Shown here: piece by piece, positions 14,860-26,974 of the stretch
How positions within the stretch are numbered: position 1 is the first letter of the stretch
Layout: each line of letters opens with the position of its first letter
Origin: Octopus sinensis
Lineage: Eukaryota
Reading direction: 5' to 3'
Length of the DNA stretch: 64,000 bases
Assembly: GCF_006345805.1 (NCBI RefSeq)
Contig: NC_043016.1
Coordinates: forward strand, 24,490,001 to 24,554,000
Program-made: the position numbers and the translations under genes
The notes under the pieces: model-generated
Databases searched by the model: none
What the model was told of the DNA's origin: nothing
What the model saw: only the letters and a program-made list of their open reading frames with translations

Positions 14860-15730
14860 AGATATGTTTCGACCAAAGATTGGTCCAGGCCATGTCTAAC
14901 TTAATAGCACCACCTGATAGGATTATTCGAATCCTGTTAAGTCAAGTTTTGTTCAAGTAGTGAGTTCTTGTTGGGTGAGTTGTATCAGTTTTGTTCAAGT
15001 AGTGAGTTCTTGTTGGGTGAGTTGTATCCAATTATGGGGGCTTATCTGGTATTCTTGAAGGAATCTATCCAGACTCTGTTTAAAGTTGATGGGATTCCTT
15101 CCTCTTTGATCTCTCGGGACAATGTTAAATAGGGCAGGTCCTGTGGAGGAAAAGAAATTATGTTGCAGTGTACATGTATGTTGTGATCTTGAATTGGGCA
15201 GGGGACGTATAGCCCGTGGTCCAAGTCTTAGATGAACCTTGAAGCTAATGTTTAGGTCGTTTGGGCATAGTTGGCGGTTATTTTCCACATCGTACAAATG
15301 ATGTACCGCTCACGGCGACGCTGGAGGGAGTAAAGTTTCAAGGCTTTAAGGCGATCCCAATAATCGAGAGCAGCCATGCCTTCAATTCGTTTAGTGAGTG
15401 CCCTCTGGGGTGACTCAATTCTGGAGATGTTTTGTCTTGTGTGAGGAGACCACAGTGGGCAGCAGTATTCAAAGTGTGGCCGTACAAAGGAGGAGAAGAG
15501 TGGTATGATGACACCTTGTTCTCTGGACCGGAAAGTTCTTAAGATCCAGAAACTCATCCTACGAGCTATATCGACCTTCTTGTTGATGTGTGCACTCCAA
15601 CTGAGATCGTCATCAACAATTACACCCAGGTCTCTGATATTGTTAGAGGCTGTGAGCGGTTCCCTGAAGGAAGAGAGTATGGCTGTTTTAGTGAGGAGTT
15701 TCTTCCAAAATGCATCAGCTCAAATTTTCC
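14860..15730 (-). mobile_element. CR1-like LINE, 3' end of ORF2 plus tail
   Basis: LFSSFVRPHFEYCCPLWSPH...IESPQRALTKRIEGMAALDYWDRLKALKLYSLQRRRERYII is the typical CR1/L2 post-RT region. Contains a tandem duplication of about 42 bp near 14945-15030. Confidence 0.88.
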
Positions 15731-15752
15731 CTCGTTCAGTTGCATTTGAAAT

Positions 15753-15802
<50 letters not shown>

Positions 15803-15822
15803 GTGTGTGTGTGTGTGTGTAC

Positions 15823-15884
<62 letters not shown>

Positions 15885-16027
15885 ACATATATATATATAT
15901 ATTTTATATGTATATATATAATATCATATATGTATATATATAATATTATATATATATATATATATAATATTATATATATACATACATATTATATAATGTA
16001 TATATATATTTATAATATTATATATAT

Positions 16028-16817
16028 ATCATCATCATCACATCATCGTTTAACATCCGTTCTCCATGCTAGCATGGGTTGGACGGTTCGACCGGGGATC
16101 TGGGAAGCCAGAAGGCTGCACCAGGCTCCAGTCTTATCTGGCAATGTTTCTACAGCTGGATGCCCTTCCTAATGCCAACCACTCCGTGAGTGTAGTGGGT
16201 GCTTTTTACGTGCCACCTGCACAGGTGCCAGGCGAGGCTGGCAACGGCCATGGTCGGATTGGTGCATTTTACGTGCCACCGGCACGGAAGCCAGTTGAGG
16301 CGGCGCTGGCATCGGCCACAAGTCGGATAGTGCTTTTTATGTACCACCAGTCCAGGGGTCCTGGCTGGTTCAATTCGATTTCGATTTCGATTTCGCTTGC
16401 CCCAACATGTCTTCGCAAGCAAAGTGGGTTGGCATGGGTGCCTGTCGTCGGATGAGGTTCTATATCGACTTCGCTTGCCTCAACAGGTCTTTGTGTCCAA
16501 GGGAGGAAAGGCATGCATAAGTGGGCTGGGCTCACTTGTTCTGCCTGGTCTTCTCACGTACAGCATATTTCCAAAGGGCTCGGTCGCTGGTCATTTCCTC
16601 AGTGAGGCCTAAAGTTCGAAGGTCGTGCTTCACCACCTCGTCCCATGTTTTCCTGGGTCTACCTCTTCCACGGGTTCCCTCAACTGCTAGGGATTGGCAC
16701 TTTCTCACACACCTATCTTCATCTATTCTTGCCACATGACCATACCAGCGCAATCATCTTTCTTGCACACCACAACTGATGCTCCTTAGGTACAACATTT
16801 CTCTCAAGGTACTAACG

Positions 16818-16820
<3 letters not shown>
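16028..16820 (-). mobile_element. RTE-clade LINE 3' end with (GAT)n tail
   Basis: MRWYGHVARIDEDRCVRKCQSLAVEGTRGRGRPRKTW...REKTRQ (RTE ORF2 C-terminus), a 3' UTR with ttttacgtgccac subrepeats, and a catcatcat tail on the + strand. Confidence 0.85.
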
Positions 16821-16860
<40 letters not shown>

Positions 16861-17395
16861 AATGTTTTATATATATATATATGTGTGTGTGTATGTGTGT
16901 CTGTGTCTTTGTGTTTGTGTTTGTCGCCCACCACCACTTGACAACCAGTGTTTACACCCTCATAACTTAGCAGTTCAGCAAAGGATATTGATAGAATAAG
17001 TTCTAAGCTTTATACTTAGAAGCATAAAATTCTATCAAAATTTAAAAGGTACTAGTAATGAGAACACTGAAAATATATCATTGTATAATATCTGTGAAGT
17101 TCCACCAAAGGGAACAAAAATCAACAAACTTAGTTTGATTTCTTTGATTCTGTCTTCTCAGACAACAGACACAGGTATCACACTGTTGTTTTCTTTCCCA
17201 GTTCATCAGTGTGCTTGCTTCATTGACACATGACTCCATATCATCATCGCTTTCCGAATCAACCACTGATGTACTTACATTGTTAATCACTACAGCAGCT
17301 TCCATGGCAACAGTAGCAGCCAAACAACTGGTGTGCTGTTTCATTCATCTACTCAAACAAGTCTTCTACTTTTCCAGCCAATTAATGACTTAGAC

Positions 17396-18209
17396 CAGAG
17401 GCTCTCAACCATTTTTTTTTACCTATGGACCCCATTGATTGCTATTTTACTCTGATGAACCTCCGTAGTCATTTGATGTTTAAAAACTAGTTTTATAGAA
17501 ACTTCTATCAAAATTCCAATTTTGTTTTTCACACATTAACTTGTGTAGGTTGAGCTATGTAAAATATTAGTTGTTCCTTGCTATACATACCAATACATAC
17601 ATCTAAAGCAGGAGTTCTCAGCCATTTTCTATCTATGGATGCCTTTGAATACTATTTTATTCTGGTCGACCCTCATAGCCATTCAATGTTTAACAACTAG
17701 TTTTATAGAAACTTCTTTCAAAATTCCTATTTTGTTTTTCAAACACTAACTTATGTAGGTTGAACTATGTAAAATGTTAGAGAAAGAAACTTAACTATTT
17801 CTTGCAACACATACCAATTATCATCATCATCATCATCTAACGTCCGCTTTCCATGCTGGCATGGGTTGGACGATTTGACTGAGGGCTGGCGAACCAGATG
17901 GCTGCACCAGGCTCCAATCTGATCTGGCAGAGTTTCTACAGCTGGATACCCTTCGTAACACCCACCACTCCGAGAGTGTAGTGGGTGCTTTTACATGCCA
18001 CTGGCACGGGGGCCAATCAGGCAGTACTGGCAATGACCTCGCCTGAATGTTTTTTTCACATGCCACCAATACATACATCTAAAGTAAAAAGTTTTTCAGG
18101 GGCCCTTAAAATACTATTGTAGGTCCCCAATTTAGTATTTTGTTGCATGGACCACAAAAGTCTTATATGGACCCTCAGAAGCCATATGGACCCCAGTTAA
18201 GAACCATTG
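17396..18209. mobile_element. Non-autonomous hAT (Charlie-type) MITE with 8-bp TSD
   Basis: Ends CAGAGGCTCTCAACC ... GTTAAGAACCATTG. Flanks ACTTAGAC (17388-95) and ATTTAGAC (18210-17), 7/8 identical. Has an internal tandem duplication of about 210 bp and a nested RTE-tail insertion. Confidence 0.8.
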
Positions 18210-18916
18210 ATTTAGACAGATGTTAATTAATGAGCATTACAGGTTGTTGTGAGCTTACTTATGAGCATCTTGCAAACTGTGGAAAATAACTCAGTATATC
18301 TAGCCTTTTCATAACCTTCAGTTTCCACCAATGTTTGGAAGATAAATCAACACACACATGTACATGTGTGTATCCACACCCACACAAACACACACATACC
18401 AGTAAGTATACTCACCTCTCTACACTGTAAAGGAACACACACACACACATGCATCTTTTCTCTGTATAATTTTCTTGATGTTAAAAAAAATGAAGACTTA
18501 TATTATATGTACACTTTGTTATGGCCAATGATAACTTGTTTATCAACCAGTGAGGAATGTTAATAAAAGCATTTTAACTATGAGTATTAGTCATGTTTGA
18601 TAAGAAGAGCAATGTATGTGTGTGTTTGTGTGGGTGTGGATACACACATGCACATGTGTGTGCACGTGCATGTGTGTGTTGATTTATCTGCCAAACACCA
18701 GCTTAATAACAATTATTTTACTAAATTCTTCATTGTTTACAAAATGAATTGAAATGAAGATAGTGTATTTCAGTAGAAATGATAAATATGGTAACAAAAG
18801 AGTTAAAACAGGAATCTGAAGAAATTTTTTTAAAAATTAAGTTATAGTTGGGCTGCTTTTTTACCTTTTGTTTCAAAACTCTGCCACATTTGTTTTAGTA
18901 GTGTTTGTGTGAATTT

Positions 18917-20364
18917 AATAGCACTTTGACCCGGCATTGCCAGGTCTAGTGCTAGTGCTTGTTGTTCGTTGCCGGGTTGTAGTAAAAATTTCTCATTAAA
19001 TCAAGAGCTAAGTTTCTTATCACATTTCAGCCCGGGCCAATTTTGATGTTTATGAACTAGTTGGAGCTTTTTATGAGAGTAATTAATATTCATTGAACTT
19101 CGGTTTTCACACCTGGAATGGCATAACCATGGAAAATTAGTAGGACTGTGCACATGCCATTAGTTGGACAAAAAAGGAGGCAGAAGAAAGTGTAAAACTT
19201 GAATCTGGCCGCAATAGCATGATTTTGAAAACACACGTAAATCTCATTTGTTGAGTTTTGGTTTCACACCCAACACAGTTCTGCACAATCAGTGTCGTGA
19301 CGGGAACACATGGGTTGGGAGTTTTACTGGCAGAAGTGATCAAGTTGCACATGCCAGCCCTTTTGACACCAAGCCCCCCCCACCTAACCCCCTCGTCCTA
19401 TGAGCGAATAGCAATGGTGGGAAGAAAAAAATGCTGATTCCGTTGAGAGCAATTAGAACACAAAAAACAGCATTCAAAAAGTGATTTTATAAGTATGACA
19501 CATTGAAGCAAGTAACGCAGTAAGGTCAATAGTTATAAGTTCATGATGCATAGAAGCACGTAAGACATCAAGTTCAACTAAGGTATTAATAATAGGTATG
19601 CCTTTTTGTCAGAAGGCTAATTGGGCTCCCGATCCACTGAAATGGAGGAGGTTAAGTTCGGAACACAACTAAGCCTTCAACCAAAACCTAGACTAACCTT
19701 ACGGAAGAGGGCTCGGGAGCCTCTAATAGGCAGCTTCTAATCCTGATCTATGACTAACCCATCCTAGGGGTTCTAAATGACATGGCTGTAGAGGAAATTG
19801 GCTGTGGAGATGTGCATGGTAGGTTTGTTTCAGAGGAGGACAACTGCATTGGATTAAGGACCATTGAAGAATGTAGCTTTGGAGATCTTAACTCATTAAT
19901 TATTCCCTGCATTTCTCAAATCAAGAAAGCGTGCACGTTTGAATGCCAAAACACATGACAAGGCATCTTCGCAAAACACAAAAATGCACTGACTCATACA
20001 GACTGTCTGCAAATGCACAAACACATTCAACTGTCAGGGGTAAAATTATCTCCGTGCAATCAAAAAACAGCTGGCAGTCTATTGGCGTATCTACTTGTAC
20101 GCACGCACCATATACAAATTTCTATGTGTTAGCGATTTTGAATGGATATGCCCATAACTTAAGGGCATAAGGGGTCGGTTTATCGATTTTTTTAATGTCT
20201 TTCTGGGGTGACTGGGGAAATGAAAAGATCTTCACGACCACCCTCAGACAGTTTTGAAAGCCCATAGAAAATGTGAGCCTTTTACATGAAAAACTGTGGA
20301 TTTGTATAAAGGACACACAGACACACAGATACGCAGACATTTTGCCATTTATAGATATAGAGAT
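18917..20364 (+). mobile_element. Helitron/Helentron-associated non-autonomous element (HINE/DINE-like)
   Basis: Starts aatagcactttgacccggcattgccagg; ends with a microsatellite-like cagacaca stretch then ttttgccatttatagatatagagat. This is the architecture of DINE-1/HINE-type elements. Family assignment is by recognition only. Confidence 0.55.
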
Positions 20365-20989
20365 ATAAAAATAAAAGCCCTAATTTTGCCTTGTTTCACA
20401 GCAACTAACTTTAATATGACCTCATAGCATAAAAAAATCTTTCACCTCTGACTTATTGTCATAAAAGGGACACGTACACAATGCCTGAAGTAAAAAAAAG
20501 AGACAAGTTGGTCCCTGTAGCTAGCTTTTGATCAAAGACCTGCACCATTAAGACTGACCTGGAACTAGACAGAAGCAACAACGTCAACAACAAAAGCAGC
20601 AACAACAACAACAACAATAACAACAACAGCAGCAGCAACAACAACAACACCAACAACCGATTTGTCTATTACTAACACATACTGATACTAAGCTCTCTTC
20701 AATTTCTACTGAATATATTTGAACATGTTTGAATATGTTTTGTGAATTTTACTTTCTTTAAGAGCATAAAATAATTTTACTTATATCTTAATAATTTTAT
20801 TAATTTTATAAAAATTTTGATTTAATCTCTGCTTCAAACACACTAACTTAAAGGTGGCTTAGTCATGAATACCCAAAATGGTAGTTTCTAACTAGGGCAA
20901 CAATATTCCCTTAAAAGTACTGTGAGCTCACAAAGGGAGTGGCAACTATCATGGAGGGGTTGCAGTGGTGTGCTGGGTATTTAAAAGGG

Positions 20990-21270
20990 CTTCCTTCATT
21001 CTTTTATTCATTTCAGTCATTAGACTGCAACCATGCTGGAGCATTGCCTCGAAGAATTTTAGTCAAATGAATAATACCCAAAACATTTTTCTTTATTCCT
21101 TAAGTCTGGTACTTACTCTGTTGGTCTCTTTGCTGAACCACTAAGTCATGGGGACATAAACACACCAACACCGGTTGCCAAGCAGTGGTGAGGGACAAAC
21201 ACAAACACACAAACACAAAAACAAACACATGCACACACACACACACATACACACTCACACATGCACACAC

Positions 21271-21312
<42 letters not shown>

Positions 21313-21475
21313 GACAGGCTTCTTTCAGTTTCCATCTTCCAAAATCCATTCATAAGGCTTTGGTCAGCCTGAGGCTATAGTAGAAACACTTGCCCAAGGT
21401 GCCATGTAGTGAGACTGAACTGGGAACCATGTGTTTGGGAAGCAAGCTTCTTACCACACAGCCACTCCTGCACTT
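20990..21475 (-). mobile_element. tRNA-derived SINE, full length
   Basis: Reverse complement of the head (gtgcaggagtggctgtgtggtaagaagc at about 21450-21473), (CA)n middle, and tail cagtcattagactgcaaccatgctggagca. Confidence 0.8.
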
Positions 21476-21530
21476 ATTTTGATTTTTTTCTCATAAAAAG
21501 AATATTAAACCAGGTATATTTACATCTTAA

Positions 21531-21899
21531 CCCTTTTATTACCATGTTTCTTTAAAAAAAAAACAACTGCCTTTGTTTCAATTAATTATGAAAATAATGA
21601 ACATTTTAGTAAATTAACTTTGACAATAAAACACAAGCAGCATTATGGATGGGAACTTGGATCTCAATGTATTTAAACCTTTAGCATATAAACTGGCCAT
21701 ATTCAACTAAAATATATCCTACCTATTTTATGTTCAAATCAGTTAGATTCTGGCCTCTTACACCTCTGCTTTAATGTTATTCTAAAAATAAGCAATTGTA
21801 TCTTCAAAATCTCAGAGCAACAATGTAATGCATGATTAAATCAAAGCAATGTGAATAAATAGGCATTGCATTTGACAGAGCAATCTGAATACTAAAGGA
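21531..21899. mobile_element. piggyBac-type MITE
   Basis: TTAA|CCCTTT ... AAAGGA|TTAA termini (TTAA at 21527-30 and 21900-03). Related fragments occur near 18690-18810 and 23930-24110. Confidence 0.55.
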
Positions 21900-22200
21900 T
21901 TAATATAAAGAGATCCACATGAACAGGTCTCTTTGTCAAAGTCAAAGACGCCACTCATGCCGGATTGAGCTACTGTTTTGCAGACTGGCATATTTTCAGT
22001 TTTATTGTTCTACACATATATAAAACTGGTATTTAGAGCAAAAATTAACTTGAAATATGTCAGAAGGTTTTAATTATAATCGCTTTAAAACAGGAAATTC
22101 GTGTCAAAGCCAGGTTGGTATCAAAAGAGTTGAACATAGTTTAAAAAAGAATGAAAGAAAGAAGTATTTGTCAGGATTAAAGTATGAATAGAAAATTGTC

Positions 22201-22611
22201 GCAGGAGTGGCTGCGTGGTAAGTAGCTTTGCTTACAAACCACATAATTCCGGATTCAGACTCACTGCATGGTACCTTGGGCAAGTGTCTTCTACTATAGC
22301 CACGGGCTGACTAAAGCCTTGCGAGTGGATTTGGTAGATGGAAACTGAAAGAAGCCCGTCATATATATTTATATATATATATGTATGTGTGTGTATGTTT
22401 ATGTGTTTGTCTCCCCCAACATCACTTGACAACTGATGCCGGTGTGCTTATGTCCCTGTAACTTAGTGCTTCGACAAAATGGACCAATAGAATAAGTACT
22501 AGGCTTACAAAGAATAAGTCCTGGGGTCGATTTGCTCGACTAAAGGTGGTGCTCCAGCATGGTCACAGTCATATGACTGAAACAAGTAAAAGAATAAAAG
22601 GGTAAAAGAGT
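22201..22611 (+). mobile_element. tRNA-derived SINE, full length
   Basis: gcaggagtggctgcgtggtaagtagc head through aaaggtggtgctccagcatggtcacagtcatatgactgaaacaagtaaaagaataaaag tail. Confidence 0.85.
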
Positions 22612-22684
22612 AGACAGAAAACTCAACTGATGATGTGCCAAGGTCTCTATAATTTCTTTATATAAGTCCTCTCCCTATCTTTTG

Positions 22685-22914
22685 TCTTTTATTTGTTCCA
22701 GTCATTAGACTGCCGCCATGCCGAGGCACCACCTTGAAGAATTTTTAGTTGAATGAATCAACCCCCCAGTACTTTTTTTCCTTTTGAAAGCTTGGTATTT
22801 ATTCTATCGATCTCTTTTCTCAAACCACTAAGTTAGAGGGATGTAAACACACCAGCACTGGTTATCAAGCAGCAGTGGGGATCAAACTCAGACTTAAAGA
22901 CACATACATGCATG

Positions 22915-22979
<65 letters not shown>

Positions 22980-23135
22980 TAGGCTTCTTTCAGTTTCTGT
23001 CCACCAAATCCACTCACAAGACTCTGGTTGGCCCGAAACTGTAATAGAAGACACTTGCCCAAGATACCATGCAGTGGGACTGAACCCAGAATCATGTGAT
23101 TGTGAAGCAAACTTCTTACCACACTGCTACTCCTG
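22685..23135 (-). mobile_element. tRNA-derived SINE, full length, convergent with the 22201 copy
   Basis: Reverse-complement head at about 23110-23135 and tail at about 22690-22730, with a (CA)n middle. Confidence 0.8.
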
Positions 23136-23416
23136 AAAATTTAACATAAGAAGCAATTATTCACATAAACATCTAAAAAGAGAGACATGCTGGATGAAGG
23201 ACTATAAAAATATGTGTAGAACAATATAACAGAAAATATGTCCGTCTGCACAAAAGCAACTCTATCCAGAGCATGTAGTGTCCTCCAGTTCAAGAAAAGA
23301 AACTTGTCCATAGGAATCTCTTTATATTAAATACACAGAGGTCCAAGTTCCCATTCACAGTGTTGCTTCTATTTTATTGATTCCTTTGATCCTAACCTGC
23401 TCAAAACTGCCCCTGG
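23005..23416 (+). repeat. Source copy of a 412-bp inverted duplication (partner 25438-25847)
   Basis: Reverse complement matches 25438-25847 with about 10 differences by eye; covers a SINE head plus its flank. Confidence 0.92.
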
Positions 23417-23764
23417 TTCTATGATACAAACTTCTTGCTTTTAAAGTTATCTAAGTAAAGTAGTTGGTATTTGGAAGGGCATCCAGCAGTAAAAACCATG
23501 CCAAAGCTGACCTCACTTGTGCTGGTGCCACTTAATAAGCACTCAGTCCACTCTGCAGAGTGGTTGGCATTAGGAAGGGCATCCTGTCATAAAAATAAAA
23601 AAGTATGCCTAGCCAGCTCCTGCCAAACCATCCAACCCATGCTAGAATGGAAAGCAGATGTTAACTGATGTTGATAATCTAAATTAAAACCATCCATCAA
23701 AATCTTATGTTAATTTGTATTCCAGATGACAGCTTAACAATTACAAAGTTATTTTACTATATTT

Positions 23765-23800
<36 letters not shown>

Positions 23801-25437
23801 GTTTAACGTCCGCTTTCCATGCTAGCATGGGTTGGACAATTCAACTGGGGTCTGGGAAGCCAGAAGGCTGCACCAGGCCCAGTCTGATCTGGGCCTAAAT
23901 TGAAAGTAAGGCAGTGTTTCAAAACTGATATAGTATCAAAAAGGTTAAAGTGATCTGATTTAAAACTTTCCATCAAAGTTTCATGTTAATTTATGTTCCG
24001 AATTCCAGCTTAATAATGACAAAGTTATTTTACTAAATTCTTCATTATTTTCAAAATTAAATTAAACAAATGCAGAGCATTTCAATAGAAATTTGGAAAC
24101 AAAAGAACTGAAATGGAGAGAGGGGATTGGTTTTTCTCATTATTGTAGCAATGATGTATTTCACAAATACCCCTTCATGAAGGGAATTATTAAACTACAA
24201 AAGTATGAAAAGGTTAAACCATTGATCTAAAGTAAATTGTCTAAACTACACACTTTGTATTCTTCCAAAGAAAGAATCCACCAAAAACAGAATTCACATT
24301 TCATAGCAGCAAGAAAACCTTGTCATACCTAGAACATCATTGGTCCTTGGTCTACAGGATTGGAATTGCATAGGGTTAAATGATAGCAACAGTAACAAGG
24401 GAATATATTAGTTGTAGATACACTATGTCTAAATTAAAAGATGAAATAGTTACAGCTAGAACACCTTTGATCCTTAGTCTCCTGGAACAGGTCTGTATGG
24501 GGCCAAATAATACAACAACAGCAACAAGGAAAGATAATACAGTTCTGGATAAATGACATCTGAATAAAAAATGTGATGGTCATGGTTGGAACATTTTTTA
24601 ATTATTGGTCTGTTGGATCAAGTTTGACCTGGACTAAACAATATCAAAAGCCACCACAACAACAACAAAAAGACTCAATAGATAAGATGACACTAGTTAC
24701 ACTACAGCTGAATAAAAGATAGGATTATCACCGCTGGAATGTCTAATCATAAGTCTGCTGGATAAAGTCTGACTTGGTGCTAAACAACAATAAGGAAGCA
24801 TTTATTATACAGTTATAGTCCTAGATATACTAAAAGACCCTCTTCAGTCATGAATGACCAGGGGATTGCACCTAGAAAGTTCTCCTTCAAGGTACAAGTC
24901 TGGGCAAGATTGTTTATCGAAGACCAGCAATCACTTATGCATACCAGTATCCCCTCTCCATGCCACTGATGTTATCCAAGGGAAAAGCAAAGGCCAATAC
25001 AGCTTGGCACTAGAGACATCACAACTCATTTCTACAGTTGAGTGAACTGGAGCAACATGAATTAAAGTGTCTTGCTCAAGAACACAACACACAGCCTGGT
25101 TTGGGAATCATACTCACTATTTCATGATTGTAAGCCCAACACTCAAGCCACTGAGCCATGCACCTTCTCTATTAGATATACTACAGCTGAATAAAAGGTG
25201 TGATGGTCACAGCTGGAACATCTTTGATCACAGACATAATGGATCAAGTCTAACTTGGTACCTAACAATTCCAACAATGAAGAAGATCTTATTAGATAAT
25301 ATAGTCCTAATTACACTTGCACTGGCACTCTGTCTGTTATGACAATGAAGGTTCCAGCTGATCTGATCAACTGAACAGTCTGAGCACTCCCAAGTGGCAG
25401 TTCCAGATGATCTGATCAACTGAACAGTCTGAGCACT

Positions 25438-25847
25438 CCAGGGGCAGTGTTGAGCAGGTTAGGATCAAAGGAATCAATAAAATAGAAGCAACACTGTGAA
25501 TGGGAACTTGGATCTCTGTATTTAATATAAAGAGATTCCTATGGACAAGTTTCTTTTCTTGAACTGGAGGACACTACATGCTCTGGATAGAGTTGCTTTT
25601 GTGCAGACAGACATATTTTCTGTTATATTGTTCTACACATATTTTTATAGTCCTTCATCCAGCATGTCTCTCTTTTTAGATGTTTATGTGAATAATTGCT
25701 TCTTATGTTAAATTTTCAGGAGTAGCAGTGTGGTAAGAAGTTTGCTTCACAATCACACAATTCTGGGTTCAGTCCCACTGTATGGTATCTTGGGCAAGTG
25801 TCTTCTATTACAGCTTCAGGCCAACCAGAGTCTTGTGAGTGGATTTG
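25438..25847 (-). repeat. Inverted duplicate of 23005-23416 inserted into a SINE
   Basis: See partner. Bounded by a tandem duplication of about 49 bp on the left and a 44-nt perfect palindrome on the right. Confidence 0.92.
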
Positions 25848-26974
25848 CTCAGCCACTAGCATGTTAATTTTAACATGCTAGTGGCTGAGCACTCCCAAGA
25901 CACACATATGCTTATTGTAGTTCTCAAAGAGATTCAGTGTGACACAGAATGTGACAAGAATGGCCCTTTGAATTACAGGTACTACTCATTTTTACCAGCT
26001 GAGTGGACTGGAGCAATGTGAAATAAAATGCCTTGCTTAAGGACATGATGCACCACCAGGAATTGAAACCATGACCTCATGATCATGAGTCGAATACTTT
26101 TATCAGTAAGTCACATGCCTTCACAAAAATGTTGCCAACAGGCAACTTTTCACAGGTTTTGATCATAGGTTTGTTGGACTATAGTTACTTAGGGCTAAAT
26201 ATCTAAAACCAAAGTGCATAAGTGTTGCAAAAAAAAACAAAACATGATGAAATATACAAGGCTTAATAAAGAGAAGCTTTGGAAAAATTATTGAAAGAAT
26301 TACAAGTTCTAAAGGAATCATAAACTGTTTCTAAACATGTCTCCATTCATTGGCAATGGATCTCTTAGGTAGGAAGACAGTTAATGGGTTTATTAGGAAA
26401 AAGGAGCTCTGACCATAATCTTTGTAAATCCGCTGAGAACAGTAAGATTAATGCCATCAATGCTCATCTTGAACCATCAACATCTGCAGGTTGATAACTC
26501 TAGGAAGGAAAAAAATAAAGACATGGATCGAAAAAGAATTCCAGAGCATTAATGCTGCAACTTAATTTATCAAAAGGGAAAAAAGGGAAGGTTACGTTGA
26601 ATAATCTCATCCTGTAGATATGCTCATCATCATCAGCAGTGGTGTCGGTGTCATTATTGTCATCATAATTGTCATCGTCATCACCACCATTATCACTATC
26701 ACTGTCATCAACATCATTTTCACTGTCATCATCTTCGTCATCGTTTAACATCTACCTTCCATGCTGGCATCAATCTATATCCTCATATTCATGCTGATGA
26801 TGGTTTGGGTCAGGTGTTTTTAGAGATGATGTTTTACAGCTCAATTCATTTCCAGTCAACCCTTTCAGAAAACCCTTTTAACACACAGAGATACAATGTA
26901 GCTGTTCTTAAACCAAGGCACACACAATGTGTGTGTGTATACATATATATATATATATATACATATATAGGTTA

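Noticed and set aside
26300-26500. Strong minus-strand acceptor (ttttttccttcctag) followed by short open frames
   Set aside because: All frames stop within 14 codons, and there is no recognisable product or linked upstream exon.
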